A stretch of 53,208 bases of DNA. Source: a virus (Duplodnaviria; Heunggongvirae; Uroviricota; Caudoviricetes). The position numbers and the translations under genes were made by a program. Shown here in pieces: positions 1-10,065 of the stretch (position 1 is the stretch's first letter; each line of letters begins with the position of its first letter). The stretch lies in IMG/VR virus record IMGVR_UViG_2671181011_000016; one strand, 5' to 3'. Under the pieces are notes generated by a model that was not told the DNA's origin, did not search any database, and was given only the letters and a program-made list of their open reading frames with translations.

Positions 1-2259
1 TTATTCTTCGCTTCCTGTTAACTGCCGGACAAGCGCTTCAAGTTTAGTGATCCGCTCATCCATGACGGCAATGTTAGCGCGTAAGCTGGCGTTTTCCTCT
101 TCCAGTTCGGTGACGCGGTTATCTGTTTCGCGTGCCACCTGGACAAGTAAACCAGTCACCGCAGCGTAGTCAACATTGAGGTAACGCGTTTCCTCGCGTA
201 GCTCGTTGCCGTCAGTGGTCGGGCCTTGTAATGCTTTACCGTAATGAGTAAACGATCCCACAGCCTCCGGCAGCGCCTCCATTACCTCTTGAGCGATAAC
301 GCCAGCGTAAGGCAGGCCGTTTTCCTTGAGGGTGTAGGTGTACCCGTTCATTTTACGGATTGCTTCAGTTGCATCACCTATAACCTGAATGTTGTCCTTC
401 AGATCGCGATCTGAAGTCTGATTAACTGCTGTGCAGTTTACTACGCCGTTAACCTGAAAACTAATTACTCCGTCTGGGTTAAGCTGGCAATAAAAGCCAT
501 ATGTATTATACTCATCGGTTTCAGCGTTCGAGAGTCCATATTCTAAAACGGACTGCCTTGTTTCTGATCCCCATAAGCGTAACCGTGCGTTTGTTTTTGC
601 GTTTTCTATCACATCGATAGTTAAACGTCTTGTGAAATCATAAGAGTTAATTTTTGTCGTCACAAAATGCTGGCCGGCAGTCCATTTTTGACCGGATGTG
701 TTAAGCGTAGCTAGTTGACGCCATTCCTGAACTGTTCCGTTTTCAATTGTTCTACCCCAAAAACCGGAATTTCGACCTCCGAATTGCACAGCGTAATTTG
801 TGCTGTATTGCGCATGGAAGCCGCCAAGCACCATTGCTCCGGCGGGGCCGTTTGTACTTCCCGCCATTGGGATAAATTTTTGGATATTGTCGGTGTGCTG
901 AGTATTCCAGTCCCTTCCTGTTTTTACGAGTACACCTAAATTTGCGTCTAGCGCCTCAGCTAACGTAAGGTTTTTGAATTTAACCGCATTGCTTTCACCA
1001 AGATTTAAATTATTTCTCGCGTCAGATGCTGTTAGCGCACCTGTCCCACCCTGGGATAATGACAAAGGAACCCATCCAGATCCGTTATGACAACCCCACA
1101 ATCCAGATGTTGACACCTGAAGGCGTGGCGCTTCTGGTAAATATTTCGAATAAACGTAAGTGGTGGATTCGCCTTCTTCAACTCTTTCTATTAATACTAT
1201 TTTTTTCCATGCGGTCCAACCTTGTGTGCTGGTATGTGTCCTTGCATAAAAAATTGATGAATTGTTATATACAAAATATTTCTGGATACAACCATCACTA
1301 CCATTAGCACCAGTTCTTTGCACTAACAACGAGCCAGCAAGCTGTATAGGGTAGTTTAATTCAGGTTTTGCGTTTACTGATAACGATTGATGATAAAAGC
1401 CTGCTGCGTTCCCTTTTAAGTCATCAAGATTCTGGCTATCGCTAAGGGTAGTTTTTGCATCATGCATAACCATTAGGTTTTTTCTTGCTTCTGCTTCATT
1501 CCCTGCACCAGTACCGCCAGCAGAAATTGAAAGCGGTATATATTTACTAGCCTCTGAGTCGAAACAACCCCACGAGCCGGAATCGTAGACGGTAAGGAAT
1601 TTATTTGCGTTTTGAGAGCATACGCGCGTTTCTCCTGTCCTCTGAACAAGCCTGTCTACTTCATTTTTTTTTGCGTGACGCGTCCAGTTAGCGCCTGATG
1701 TTGCGACCCATGTATACGTATAAAGTGATCGCGTAGCCCAACCGACAAAGACGCCTGTATATGAAGGCACTGTGTCTCGCTGACAGATAAATCCACTCAA
1801 AAATGATTCGCCAGCCGCTACGGAAGGAAAACCCTTAGTCGTTTCCTTTATGCGCAAAAAGCCAACGTAAGAAGACGGATCGCCTGATATATCGGCGCAA
1901 TCTCGCGGCTCTGGCCCCAAGCCAATATTGCTGCCATCTATTGCGCTGGATATTTCATCTTCCTTTTCCTGATAAAAACGAAGCGTTTCCGCTACATCCT
2001 GGGCAAGCCCATCAACTGAGATAGAGTCAGAAAGCAGAATGCTGAATTTTGCCCCGGCAGCAATTGCAGGGTTAGCCGCTGGCGTCACTGACAGTTCAGT
2101 GCCGCTCTTGATTTCAGTAACGGTAAAGATCTGAATAGGGTTGCTAATAGCAATAAGCGTGCAACCAACACGGATAAGAGAAAGCGGCGCGGAGAAGTTT
2201 GTGCCCGTGCCTTTAACAGTGTTGCCATTGATGGCAATTGTTCCAGTTGTGTAAATCAT
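1..2259 (-). CDS. tail fiber protein with C-terminal intramolecular chaperone (self-cleaving, peptidase S74-like) domain
   Basis: 752-aa ORF with stop at window start; Gly/Ser/Thr-rich body; C-terminus (...RYLNVDYAAVTGLLVQ... then coiled coil) resembles chaperone domains of phage fibres; last gene of the tail operon. Confidence 0.65.
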   Translation of the reverse strand: MIYTTGTIAINGNTVKGTGTNFSAPLSLIRVGCTLIAISNPIQIFTVTEIKSGTELSVTPAANPAIAAGAKFSILLSDSISVDGLAQDVAETLRFYQEKEDEISSAIDGSNIGLGPEPRDCADISGDPSSYVGFLRIKETTKGFPSVAAGESFLSGFICQRDTVPSYTGVFVGWATRSLYTYTWVATSGANWTRHAKKNEVDRLVQRTGETRVCSQNANKFLTVYDSGSWGCFDSEASKYIPLSISAGGTGAGNEAEARKNLMVMHDAKTTLSDSQNLDDLKGNAAGFYHQSLSVNAKPELNYPIQLAGSLLVQRTGANGSDGCIQKYFVYNNSSIFYARTHTSTQGWTAWKKIVLIERVEEGESTTYVYSKYLPEAPRLQVSTSGLWGCHNGSGWVPLSLSQGGTGALTASDARNNLNLGESNAVKFKNLTLAEALDANLGVLVKTGRDWNTQHTDNIQKFIPMAGSTNGPAGAMVLGGFHAQYSTNYAVQFGGRNSGFWGRTIENGTVQEWRQLATLNTSGQKWTAGQHFVTTKINSYDFTRRLTIDVIENAKTNARLRLWGSETRQSVLEYGLSNAETDEYNTYGFYCQLNPDGVISFQVNGVVNCTAVNQTSDRDLKDNIQVIGDATEAIRKMNGYTYTLKENGLPYAGVIAQEVMEALPEAVGSFTHYGKALQGPTTDGNELREETRYLNVDYAAVTGLLVQVARETDNRVTELEEENASLRANIAVMDERITKLEALVRQLTGSEE

Positions 2260-2436
2260 CGCAATGACTCCATTATGTTAATTAACGGAATAATTCTACC
2301 ATTTTGTGATTTTTGTTGCATTTTCTGCTTACACAAAATGTATTTTTTGATTTTTATCAATATACGAAATGTGGTTTTGTCGGATATTTAAGTCACCGGA
2401 TGAACCGGACGAACCAACAAGAATGAGGATTCAAAA

Positions 2437-2685
2437 ATGAAAAACGTGTTCAAAGTGGTTTTGTTCGCTGCGGCTGTAGCTCTTACTGGCTGTGCTGTTG
2501 ACAAAGAGGCTGCATTGCATAATCTGCCGAATAGCGGAGTAATTCCACAAGATGTCGTCTATGATGGCAGCGGTCATCTTGTCTATGACACTGAAAAACT
2601 GCCGTATACTGGGCAATGGTGTCATGAACTCGATCACAACATGCGCCGCATCGGTAGCCCGTCGAATTGTGTAGCTAACTACTAA
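2437..2685 (+). CDS. small lipoprotein (candidate Cor/Llp-type superinfection-exclusion protein)
   Basis: 82 aa; signal peptide with lipobox LTGC; two Cys in the mature part; opposite strand to flanking tail genes; function inferred from context only. Confidence 0.7.
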   Translation: MKNVFKVVLFAAAVALTGCAVDKEAALHNLPNSGVIPQDVVYDGSGHLVYDTEKLPYTGQWCHELDHNMRRIGSPSNCVANY

Positions 2686-2717
2686 AAGAAAACCCCGCGC
2701 GAAGCGGGGTTGTTTTT
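2684..2717. terminator. bidirectional rho-independent terminator
   Basis: A-tract, hairpin CCCCGC-GCGAA-GCGGGG (2693-2709), T-tract; sits between the convergent lipoprotein and J genes. Confidence 0.75.
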
Positions 2718-5700
2718 ATCCTGAGAATGAACCAGAACCGCGCGACACAATGACGGTCGGCGAGTTTATATATGCACCCCTACTATTTTGAGCGGATACC
2801 CTGATTTTAACCGTAACGCCCCTGCTAGTTACCGATGATGAGTGCATAACAAGGCGCTCGTCGCCATTCATAGACAGACTTTTCTCTGAACTGCCGATGA
2901 TTATCGTACAACCACCAAAACCTTTAACGTTTGCCATGACGCAAATATGTCTGCTGTGCGCTGCATTAGATGTGTCATTGTATGTGATTGTTTTTTCCAG
3001 TACTCCATCGGCTAACCTGCTGACGTCGGATCCTGTGTACATGTTCGCAACGTCACCTATAAAGGTTTTAGCCTCAAGTGAACCAGAAAATTTACCGCTA
3101 CTGGCGTGCACTTCACCTCTAACAACAACATTGTTAAATTCAGATGATCCGTCTTTTGTTATCCTCCAACCATTCGAACCAGCGACATAGTTTGATGATT
3201 TTATTTCATTAACAATTTTAGCCATAGTAATGGCTGCATCCGCAATTTTAGCTGTCCCTATTGATGCATTTTTAATAAACGCTTCTTTCACATACATTGC
3301 ACCGTTAGACACATAGAAAGGCGTTGTATATGTGCCGTTTGCTGCAGTCATCAATACGAAGCGGTCAACAAGGAAAATACACTGCGATTGAACGTTAGTA
3401 CCGTTGCCAGTCAGCCCAAGTGACATACCTGTTGCGTACTTCATGCCGTTGTTGTCGGTTGCCAGCTTGATAGAGTACGTCGCATCAACATTACCCTTGA
3501 AGTCGGTTAACGCTTTTGACGTCGTTTCTATTGCTGTTGTGTTCCCGTTAACGGTCACTGTTAGTTGATCGATCTTGCTTGATAGTGCCTCGTCAGCCGT
3601 TGCCATAGCCTGTGACCATTCTGTAATGCTTGAGTTTACAGAATCGAAAGACGCTGAGATCTGGCCGAATTTTTCCGCGCTTGATGCCTCATGCGTAGAA
3701 AGCGCCGTTGATACCTCAGACACCTTCGAGTTTATCGTGCTGGTAAGCGATGAGTTAAGGCTACTTATCGCGTCAGTGCGTGCCTTCGTTTCGTCTGCAA
3801 TTGCCTTGTCAATACGGGTCACGTTGCTTGTAACTTTGCCATCAAGGGTTGAAATTGACGCATTCACGCCGCTGATGGCTTGTGCTCTGGCACTGGCCTC
3901 GTCAGCAATTGCCTGGTCCAGTCTGCTAACTTCGGATTCAGTGTTGCTTTCAAGCGTGTTGATGCTTGCGTTCACACCGCTGATAGCCTCACTTCTTGCG
4001 CTGGTTTCGTCAGCGATTGCCTGGTCTAAGCGCTTAACGCTGGCGGCGGTTTTCTTGTCGAGCGCTGAAATGCTTGCGTTAACGTCGCTTACCGCCTCGC
4101 TGCGTGCGCTGGTTTCGTCAGCGATGGCCTTGTCAAGTCGTGAAACGCTGGCGTTTGTGTTACTTTCGAGCGTTGTTAAATCAGCTTTGACCTCTGTTAT
4201 TGCGTCGCTTCTTGCCTGCGTTTCGTCAGATATTGCCTTATCGAGTCTGCTCACGCTGGCGTCGGTTTTGCTTTCAAGATTGCTTATTGAGGCATTAACG
4301 CCGCTGATTGCCTGCGCACGGGCGCTTGATTCGTCAGCGATTGCTTGATCAAGGCGGTTCACGCTGGCGTCAGTTTTCTTGTCAAGATCAGCGATCGATG
4401 CGTTCACGTTATTAATTGCTTCTGCGCGGGCGCTTGATTCGTCTGCCACTGCGCGTTCCACGCTGGAGATCTGACCCTTAAGGTTGGAATCCATCGTGTT
4501 CATTTCTGCCGTGATGGTTTTCAGCGATTCAGCCGTGGCCCGCTTCTCTTCGGCAATAACGTTGTCGATGCGGTCAATCTGCGCGTTTGTTTCTGATTGC
4601 CCTTTCTTGTACTGTGCAGTGAGCGTAACCCGCGTGTTGGTCTGCGCGAGAGAGTTATTAATCAGCGCCAAAGATGCGTTTTGCAGGCTTGCTTTTGCTT
4701 GCGCCAGTTCGCTGTCGATTCTTTCGCTGGATACCTCTAGCGAGTCAATCCTTACCTCATGTTGCCCAATACCATCGGTGTTTTCACCAACCTTTTTATA
4801 AAGATCTTCCGTCTCTTTTTTCAGCGTGTCAGTGTCAGCTTTTATTTCACCTGTTTCTGTGATTAAGCTGTCAGTGTCAGTCCTCAATTCGTCAGTGATG
4901 TTTGTCAGGTTGTCAGTTGCAGTTTTTAGGTTGTCAGTAGCGTTTTTAAGGTCATTTGTGGCGCTTTCGATAAGGTCGGCACGGTCGCCAAGATCTTTAA
5001 TGTCGCCAATCATGTCCTTGAACTGTTCTGACTCCATGACATCCTTCATCACGTAGTCGCTGATTTCGTCGAAGTTTTCAGTCGGTTTTCCTGATGCCTC
5101 AACGAAGTCTGACACACCGAAAGCGTTACGCGTGCGCACATAAACGTAATATTTATGGCCCGTGTTCATGCCGCCGAAAGTCCATTGGTAGCCGCGCCCG
5201 GTGAATTGCGCCAAAGTTGTTACTTTTGACGGGTCAGTGATCTGATTTTCACCTGAGTAGTAAAACTCATATGCTGTATCAGTTGTCAGGGTTGTTTTGC
5301 TGATCGGATACACTGTTGCCTGGAAAACGCCAGGAACCCAATTAACACCAATCGGGGCGGCTGGCGCACCAATGACCAGATCCACAATACTTTCCGCACC
5401 CTTCATGCCAGTGTCATTACGCCCGCGAATACCAAGCGTGTAGCTGCCAGCGTCGAGGCCATAAAAATCATAGCGGTAGTTCGTGGTTTCATCAGTTGCC
5501 ACTACACGCCCATCGGCGTTATATACGCGAATTTCAAAGGTCAGGCGATGCGTTGTTGTCTGTGTTTCCCACGTTGCGCGACATTGAACAGTTTCAGAAC
5601 CAACATTTAACACCTTCAGGTTTTCGATGTTCGGCACGCGGAAGTGATTAAGCGTGTCGTTGTTTACCTCGAAGATTGCGCCTTCATCAACTACAGCCTG

Positions 5701-7482
5701 TTTGTGTGGATCGTGCTGTGCAGCCTCGATGGTGTACACGCTGTTATTTTCGGTTTCTGCTACGCTAGTGATTCGACACAGAACAGGTTTTGCAGATTCA
5801 GTAGACACGGCGAATACGGTTCCGTTGCGGATCCATGCTGGCGCTTCCGCAAGGGTAATATTGTTTCCGTTAACCCCAGTGATCTGATGTTTTTTGAACT
5901 TGCCGTCGCTGTCCAGTAAGCTGATAGTGTCGCCAGCCGCCACCAGGTCAGAATCAACCTTGTCTACAGTTATCACCTTCCCGTTATTCGCAACGATGCG
6001 ACCGCCCAAACGAGCGCCAGCGCGGTTATTGTCGAGTATCTCGATAATATCCCCTGGCGTGAAGTGAATTGCGTCACGGGCCATTTTAAACGTGAATTTT
6101 GAGGGTTCGCGTTTTGCTGTTTCTATCAGCCATTTGCCAGCGCGGTACGCCTGCCCGCGTGACGTGCAACCGAAAGCCTCCAACGTGGTTTCGTTGTAAC
6201 CATCGCGGGCGATCAGTTCGTCATCTGCCACGTATTCTTTTGATTGTTCCCAACCGTTTTCCGGGTCAGTCCATGACACGATCACGGCGTTGTAAGATTC
6301 TGCGCGGGCGATACTTGAACGAGTAAACGCACCATCAACGACATTAGCATTTGTGATGGTGGCAATTGGATCCTGCGGCGCATCAATCATCACAGTAAGG
6401 CGCTGCCCGTCCCATAACGCGATACCACGGAACATACCTGCAATGTTGTCCAGCAAGTCGCGGGCGCTCATTTGCTCCGTGATGTAAGCGTTAAGCGTCA
6501 TGCGTGGTTCAAGGCCACCGTAACCGTCGTTCACCAACTGGTCGCAGTATTGAGAAAGCGTATACAGTGCGCCATCATCAACGTCGATGTAACCAGCGTG
6601 GCGGGCAAGCCCGAAGCGTTCATTTTTCACCAGATACCGGAAAAGCCATGCAGGGTTATTGGTGTATGCCTTTTTAAAGCCACCAAGCCATAAACCTGAG
6701 TACGTGCGCGTTTCCGGGTCGTAGTTATCAGGCACGTCAACAATCAGGCCGCGCATGTGATAAGTACGTGTCGGCGTGTCAGTATACTGATCGTGGTCAA
6801 TTACCGCGCCTGCTACAGCGGTGTGAGGATAAGATAAATTATCGTCGATTATCTCGCTGTAACTGCTCCACCTGGTGTCGTTGTGAAGTAGATCGCCTGT
6901 GCTGTCTGGCGTTACGCGACGAACGCGAATATCAAACGGTTTTTCATCCGGCGCTTTGATGATGTGCGCTTCGAGGTACTCACCGCTTTGTTTACCCGGG
7001 CCGATGTGAATATCTTTAACCAGTGACCACGTTGTTGAAGATGAAGGCTTAACGTCAACCATCAACGTAACGGATGTATTGTATTGATTGCCCTTATCAT
7101 CTGACTGAACCAGAGAATCAACGCCAAGATTCAGCCTTACGCGGTTAACGTTTGGATCTGAAACGGTCCTGATTATTGGCGTATCGTGAGTCACTTTTGC
7201 GTTGACAATAACGGTTGATTCAATGGCGTTGAAGCCATTGATTGGTGACTGGTCAGCCGTACCATTACGCCACGCCACACTAACGCCGGGGACTGATGTA
7301 CTGCCGTCGCTACCAGTGATAGGCGTGTCATTAAGCATTACGCTGTTTAATGGCGCTTTCTGGTTTACAGGGCCGTATATTGGGCCTTCGCTGAGAATGT
7401 CCAAAACACGATAAAACTGTTTGTGGAACAGGTTATCGTTTAATAGTGTTGGTGTTTTGGCTTTGCCGCCGCCGCTACTCAT
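2716..7482 (-). CDS. J: tail tip attachment / host specificity protein, lambda J-like, with expanded coiled-coil repeat region
   Basis: 1588 aa; N-terminal half aligns by eye with lambda gpJ (ILSEGPI.GPV, PFDIRVRR.TPDST, TLNAYITEQ, EAFGCTSRGQAYRAGKWL); C-terminal part also J-like around the repeat insertion. Confidence 0.85.
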   Translation of the reverse strand: MSSGGGKAKTPTLLNDNLFHKQFYRVLDILSEGPIYGPVNQKAPLNSVMLNDTPITGSDGSTSVPGVSVAWRNGTADQSPINGFNAIESTVIVNAKVTHDTPIIRTVSDPNVNRVRLNLGVDSLVQSDDKGNQYNTSVTLMVDVKPSSSTTWSLVKDIHIGPGKQSGEYLEAHIIKAPDEKPFDIRVRRVTPDSTGDLLHNDTRWSSYSEIIDDNLSYPHTAVAGAVIDHDQYTDTPTRTYHMRGLIVDVPDNYDPETRTYSGLWLGGFKKAYTNNPAWLFRYLVKNERFGLARHAGYIDVDDGALYTLSQYCDQLVNDGYGGLEPRMTLNAYITEQMSARDLLDNIAGMFRGIALWDGQRLTVMIDAPQDPIATITNANVVDGAFTRSSIARAESYNAVIVSWTDPENGWEQSKEYVADDELIARDGYNETTLEAFGCTSRGQAYRAGKWLIETAKREPSKFTFKMARDAIHFTPGDIIEILDNNRAGARLGGRIVANNGKVITVDKVDSDLVAAGDTISLLDSDGKFKKHQITGVNGNNITLAEAPAWIRNGTVFAVSTESAKPVLCRITSVAETENNSVYTIEAAQHDPHKQAVVDEGAIFEVNNDTLNHFRVPNIENLKVLNVGSETVQCRATWETQTTTHRLTFEIRVYNADGRVVATDETTNYRYDFYGLDAGSYTLGIRGRNDTGMKGAESIVDLVIGAPAAPIGVNWVPGVFQATVYPISKTTLTTDTAYEFYYSGENQITDPSKVTTLAQFTGRGYQWTFGGMNTGHKYYVYVRTRNAFGVSDFVEASGKPTENFDEISDYVMKDVMESEQFKDMIGDIKDLGDRADLIESATNDLKNATDNLKTATDNLTNITDELRTDTDSLITETGEIKADTDTLKKETEDLYKKVGENTDGIGQHEVRIDSLEVSSERIDSELAQAKASLQNASLALINNSLAQTNTRVTLTAQYKKGQSETNAQIDRIDNVIAEEKRATAESLKTITAEMNTMDSNLKGQISSVERAVADESSARAEAINNVNASIADLDKKTDASVNRLDQAIADESSARAQAISGVNASISNLESKTDASVSRLDKAISDETQARSDAITEVKADLTTLESNTNASVSRLDKAIADETSARSEAVSDVNASISALDKKTAASVKRLDQAIADETSARSEAISGVNASINTLESNTESEVSRLDQAIADEASARAQAISGVNASISTLDGKVTSNVTRIDKAIADETKARTDAISSLNSSLTSTINSKVSEVSTALSTHEASSAEKFGQISASFDSVNSSITEWSQAMATADEALSSKIDQLTVTVNGNTTAIETTSKALTDFKGNVDATYSIKLATDNNGMKYATGMSLGLTGNGTNVQSQCIFLVDRFVLMTAANGTYTTPFYVSNGAMYVKEAFIKNASIGTAKIADAAITMAKIVNEIKSSNYVAGSNGWRITKDGSSEFNNVVVRGEVHASSGKFSGSLEAKTFIGDVANMYTGSDVSRLADGVLEKTITYNDTSNAAHSRHICVMANVKGFGGCTIIIGSSEKSLSMNGDERLVMHSSSVTSRGVTVKIRVSAQNSRGAYINSPTVIVSRGSGSFSG
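3760..4460 (-). repeat. in-frame tandem repeats (about 7 copies of a ~105-bp / 35-aa unit) inside J
   Basis: Protein shows repeated units SVSRLD(K/Q)AIADE(T/S)SARSEAISGVNASI...; the antisense ORF track shows matching periodic LALVSSAIAWS units; boundaries approximate. Confidence 0.7.
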
Positions 7483-7495
7483 GGTTTTTCTCCTG

Positions 7496-8026
7496 TTAAC
7501 TTACAACGTCAAGGGCGTCTCTGTTGTTATTTGTGTCTATGCCTAACGATCCGACGTTTGAACCTATTTTCATTTCACCCAACAGGATCGGCACTGGTCT
7601 ACCCTGTCCCACCTTGTTTTCGATGCTGGTGTAGGTGTTGTTAGATATGGTGTTATCTTGTGCGCTTTCTGCTGATGTTTTTATCTTCATGTTGCGAGAC
7701 ATAAAGATCGAGAACGCAACGCTAACAACCGAAACACCGATCAAAATCCAGCCTACAACGCCAATCCCTGCAATACCGCCTTCCACCACTGGCGCAACAA
7801 TGACGGTAGTCCCGTCCGGGTATTTACTGTTAACCGCTGCGGGCGCGGTCTTTTCGTCATAATCCTTTCCGGCAATTCGCAAGCGCAACGGGGTGCTTAA
7901 AAACGCCTTTTTGAACTCATGATTCTGCGCAACCAGCAAGCCAAGCCCCTGCGCTGGCGTATCAACGTTTAAACACACTTTGCCGTAATATCTTCGAAGA
8001 TTGCCCGTAAATCTAAACTTGAGCAT
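7496..8026 (-). CDS. I: tail assembly protein, lambda I-like
   Basis: 176 aa; hydrophobic Gly-rich central segment and C-terminal ...VGQGRPVPILLGEMKIGSNV similar to lambda gpI ...VAQGNVLPVLYGEMRVGSRV; position between K and J. Confidence 0.65.
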   Translation of the reverse strand: MLKFRFTGNLRRYYGKVCLNVDTPAQGLGLLVAQNHEFKKAFLSTPLRLRIAGKDYDEKTAPAAVNSKYPDGTTVIVAPVVEGGIAGIGVVGWILIGVSVVSVAFSIFMSRNMKIKTSAESAQDNTISNNTYTSIENKVGQGRPVPILLGEMKIGSNVGSLGIDTNNNRDALDVVS

Positions 8027-8700
8027 TTGTCAGATCTCCATATTGAATTGGTCTGTCGAACATACGCGGGCCGCATTTGCTCGCGGCGGCTTAACAGTCC
8101 GGCATTGTCATGATGCAAAACAGTGTTATCGCCCAGGTAAATCATCGCGTGACATGGGTCAGCGCCTTTAAACGGCTGACGGATAATCACATCACCAGGC
8201 TGAATGCTTTTCGCGTCAACCATGAAAAACCCGTTCAATGGCAGGTTTTTTATGTACAGGTTTTCCCCACGCAGCCACCACCCATCGTGGCGCTCAAAGT
8301 CCGGTAGATCCACGCCGCACAGGTGATAGGCATCACGGAAAAGCGAATAGCAATCTGTTTTCCCGTGCTCAAATTTACGGCCCAACAGGTGCGCCACCGG
8401 GCGGAATTTTCTAACCCTGCCACCGGAACACAAATACCACGGCAGGCCGGAAATAACCTGCTGTTGTCGATCCCGCGCTGACAATACCAATGAATCATTA
8501 GTATGTGAGTGGAAAACGGCTGTTATAACACCCAATTCGTCAGCTTTGATATAATCGTCAGGCGAGATTTTAAAGCTGTTGTGCGGCGTTTCAGACACGT
8601 TAGCGCACGGGTAAAAATAATCGTTATCTATCACCAGCCCGCACACTTCCTCGCGCGGGTGGGCTGCCGCATAGCGAATCATTTTATCTTCAAGTGCCAT
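7969..8700 (-). CDS. K: tail assembly protein, lambda K-like (JAMM/MPN plus NlpC/P60 domains)
   Basis: 243 aa; JAMM-like HSH..D motif (AVFHSHTNDS) and C-terminal Cys-containing NlpC/P60-like part; position between L and I. Confidence 0.7.
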   Translation of the reverse strand: MALEDKMIRYAAAHPREEVCGLVIDNDYFYPCANVSETPHNSFKISPDDYIKADELGVITAVFHSHTNDSLVLSARDRQQQVISGLPWYLCSGGRVRKFRPVAHLLGRKFEHGKTDCYSLFRDAYHLCGVDLPDFERHDGWWLRGENLYIKNLPLNGFFMVDAKSIQPGDVIIRQPFKGADPCHAMIYLGDNTVLHHDNAGLLSRREQMRPAYVRQTNSIWRSDKCSSLDLRAIFEDITAKCV

Positions 8701-8702
8701 AA

Positions 8703-9407
8703 TTAACCGACCTTACTGGACCCAGGGAAGCAGGAAATCGGTAACGGATTCGGGCGCGGGAAACGCAAACGGCAACCGCTCAGGCGGTGGCTGCACTTAT
8801 CCAGCTTCGGATCACTGGTGGGTTCGTCTTTCTCAGTAGCTACAGGGCCGCCACTGTATCCGCAACCGTCGCCGCGATATTGCCATTGGCAAACGTCAGC
8901 GAGGATTGTGCGCCCTGGGATAACCGCCTTGTCAGCATCAATTGGCGTTGATAGTTCATATTGCACCTGGTCGGCTGTTTCTTCGCTCATCGCCTCAACG
9001 ACGTAAAAAGATACCGCCTCGATAGACGGATCTGCATCAGGGTTGCCATTGGGGAAGTTGACAGCGTCCAGGTATTTTACTTCCACCTGGCGGCGCGTAA
9101 CCTTCATTCCTCGCAGGTCGTTGAAATCGTTATTCATCCCGGTGATTAGCCCGCCAATGTTGGCTACAACCATTTGGGGGCGTGAGTAAACGCCTTCGTT
9201 TTTCATTTCGAAGCCAGTAGCCTCGATTGGGTAGCTGTTGTAAGTCACTCCCTTCCAGATAACCGGGCCGTAATAGCCATTCGCGCCTGAATGGAAGCGG
9301 ATAACCTCGCCACCCAGTGGCGTGAGGTCTAATTCAAACAAGTCAATTACCGCGCCGACTCCGGCATCCACGGAATCAATAATCATTTCTGTAGGTATGC
9401 TGCGCAT
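8703..9407 (-). CDS. L: minor tail protein, lambda L-like
   Basis: 234 aa; strong by-eye match to lambda gpL (RFLDAVNF.NGN..ADP, C.W.YRGD.CGYSG, DKCSK.LSGC). Confidence 0.85.
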   Translation of the reverse strand: MRSIPTEMIIDSVDAGVGAVIDLFELDLTPLGGEVIRFHSGANGYYGPVIWKGVTYNSYPIEATGFEMKNEGVYSRPQMVVANIGGLITGMNNDFNDLRGMKVTRRQVEVKYLDAVNFPNGNPDADPSIEAVSFYVVEAMSEETADQVQYELSTPIDADKAVIPGRTILADVCQWQYRGDGCGYSGGPVATEKDEPTSDPKLDKCSHRLSGCRLRFPRPNPLPISCFPGSSKVG

Positions 9408-9460
9408 TTTATCACCTTGTCATTTTGTGATCTCAATCACGCTAAATCATGCCAAAACGG

Positions 9461-9489
9461 TTGATCGCGTTTTTTACAATATGTATATT
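9461..9489 (+). promoter_or_regulatory. sigma70-like promoter of moron cassette A
   Basis: -35 TTGATC, 17-bp spacer, -10 TATATT; about 17 nt upstream of the first + strand gene; an inverted motif variant ATCACAAAATG lies at 9421-9432. Confidence 0.5.
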
Positions 9490-9505
9490 GTACTCAAAAG
9501 GAAGC

Positions 9506-9691
9506 ATGGTTAACAAAATGGCGCGGAGGTGTGAAATGGATGATAAGGTGTGGAGGTTGGCGGTGTTCCTTGCGGATGGCAGGAAAATGACTGTGGCCCT
9601 GTATAAAGATGAAGGCGAGGCACTTACCGACGCGCTCTTACTCGCTGAAGACGAACGCGTTTTGGGGTACAGGATCGAACCTGTCAAATGA
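9506..9691 (+). CDS. hypothetical protein (moron A1)
   Basis: 61 aa; RBS AAAGGAAG before ATG; start chosen among three in-frame ATGs; no recognisable domain. Confidence 0.5.
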   Translation: MVNKMARRCEMDDKVWRLAVFLADGRKMTVALYKDEGEALTDALLLAEDERVLGYRIEPVK

Positions 9692-9705
9692 GAGGTTAAC
9701 GAAAA

Positions 9706-10056
9706 ATGCAAAAATACTCGTTAGAAGTGTGGACCGATAAATGTGAATGGGAGCGCATGGGCCTGTTTGATACATATGTCGAAGCTCGTGATGAAGGTCG
9801 CGAATTGCTACGCTGTTGGTCTAACGCTCGTGATTTTGATATTACTCCGGTCCAAGTACCTGACAAGGTGGAAGAGATGAACCCGAAAGATATTAACTTT
9901 AACGTCAATGTTGAATTTGCAGGCTCTATGGATCAGGCTTGCCCTGGTGAAATCCACGCAAAAGGCTTCCCGGCTGACGATCCTGAGGCAAAACGCGAAT
10001 ACGAAAAAGCGGCGAAAGACTTCTGCATTGATAACCTGGGCGCGTTCGATAAATAA
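9706..10056 (+). CDS. hypothetical acidic protein (moron A2)
   Basis: 116 aa; RBS GAGAGG; rich in Asp/Glu; no recognisable domain. Confidence 0.6.
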   Translation: MQKYSLEVWTDKCEWERMGLFDTYVEARDEGRELLRCWSNARDFDITPVQVPDKVEEMNPKDINFNVNVEFAGSMDQACPGEIHAKGFPADDPEAKREYEKAAKDFCIDNLGAFDK

Positions 10057-10065
10057 GGCGGCAAC

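Noticed and set aside
3575-4348. 257-aa + strand ORF (and other + ORFs 2897-5957) inside the J gene
   Set aside because: Antisense to a well-supported J homolog; its periodic LALVSSAIAWS pattern is just the reverse-frame image of the J coiled-coil repeats; no RBS
3760-4460. Possible CRISPR array suggested by regular direct repeats
   Set aside because: Repeats are about 105 bp, contiguous with no unique spacers, and in-frame within a protein-coding gene; not CRISPR-like
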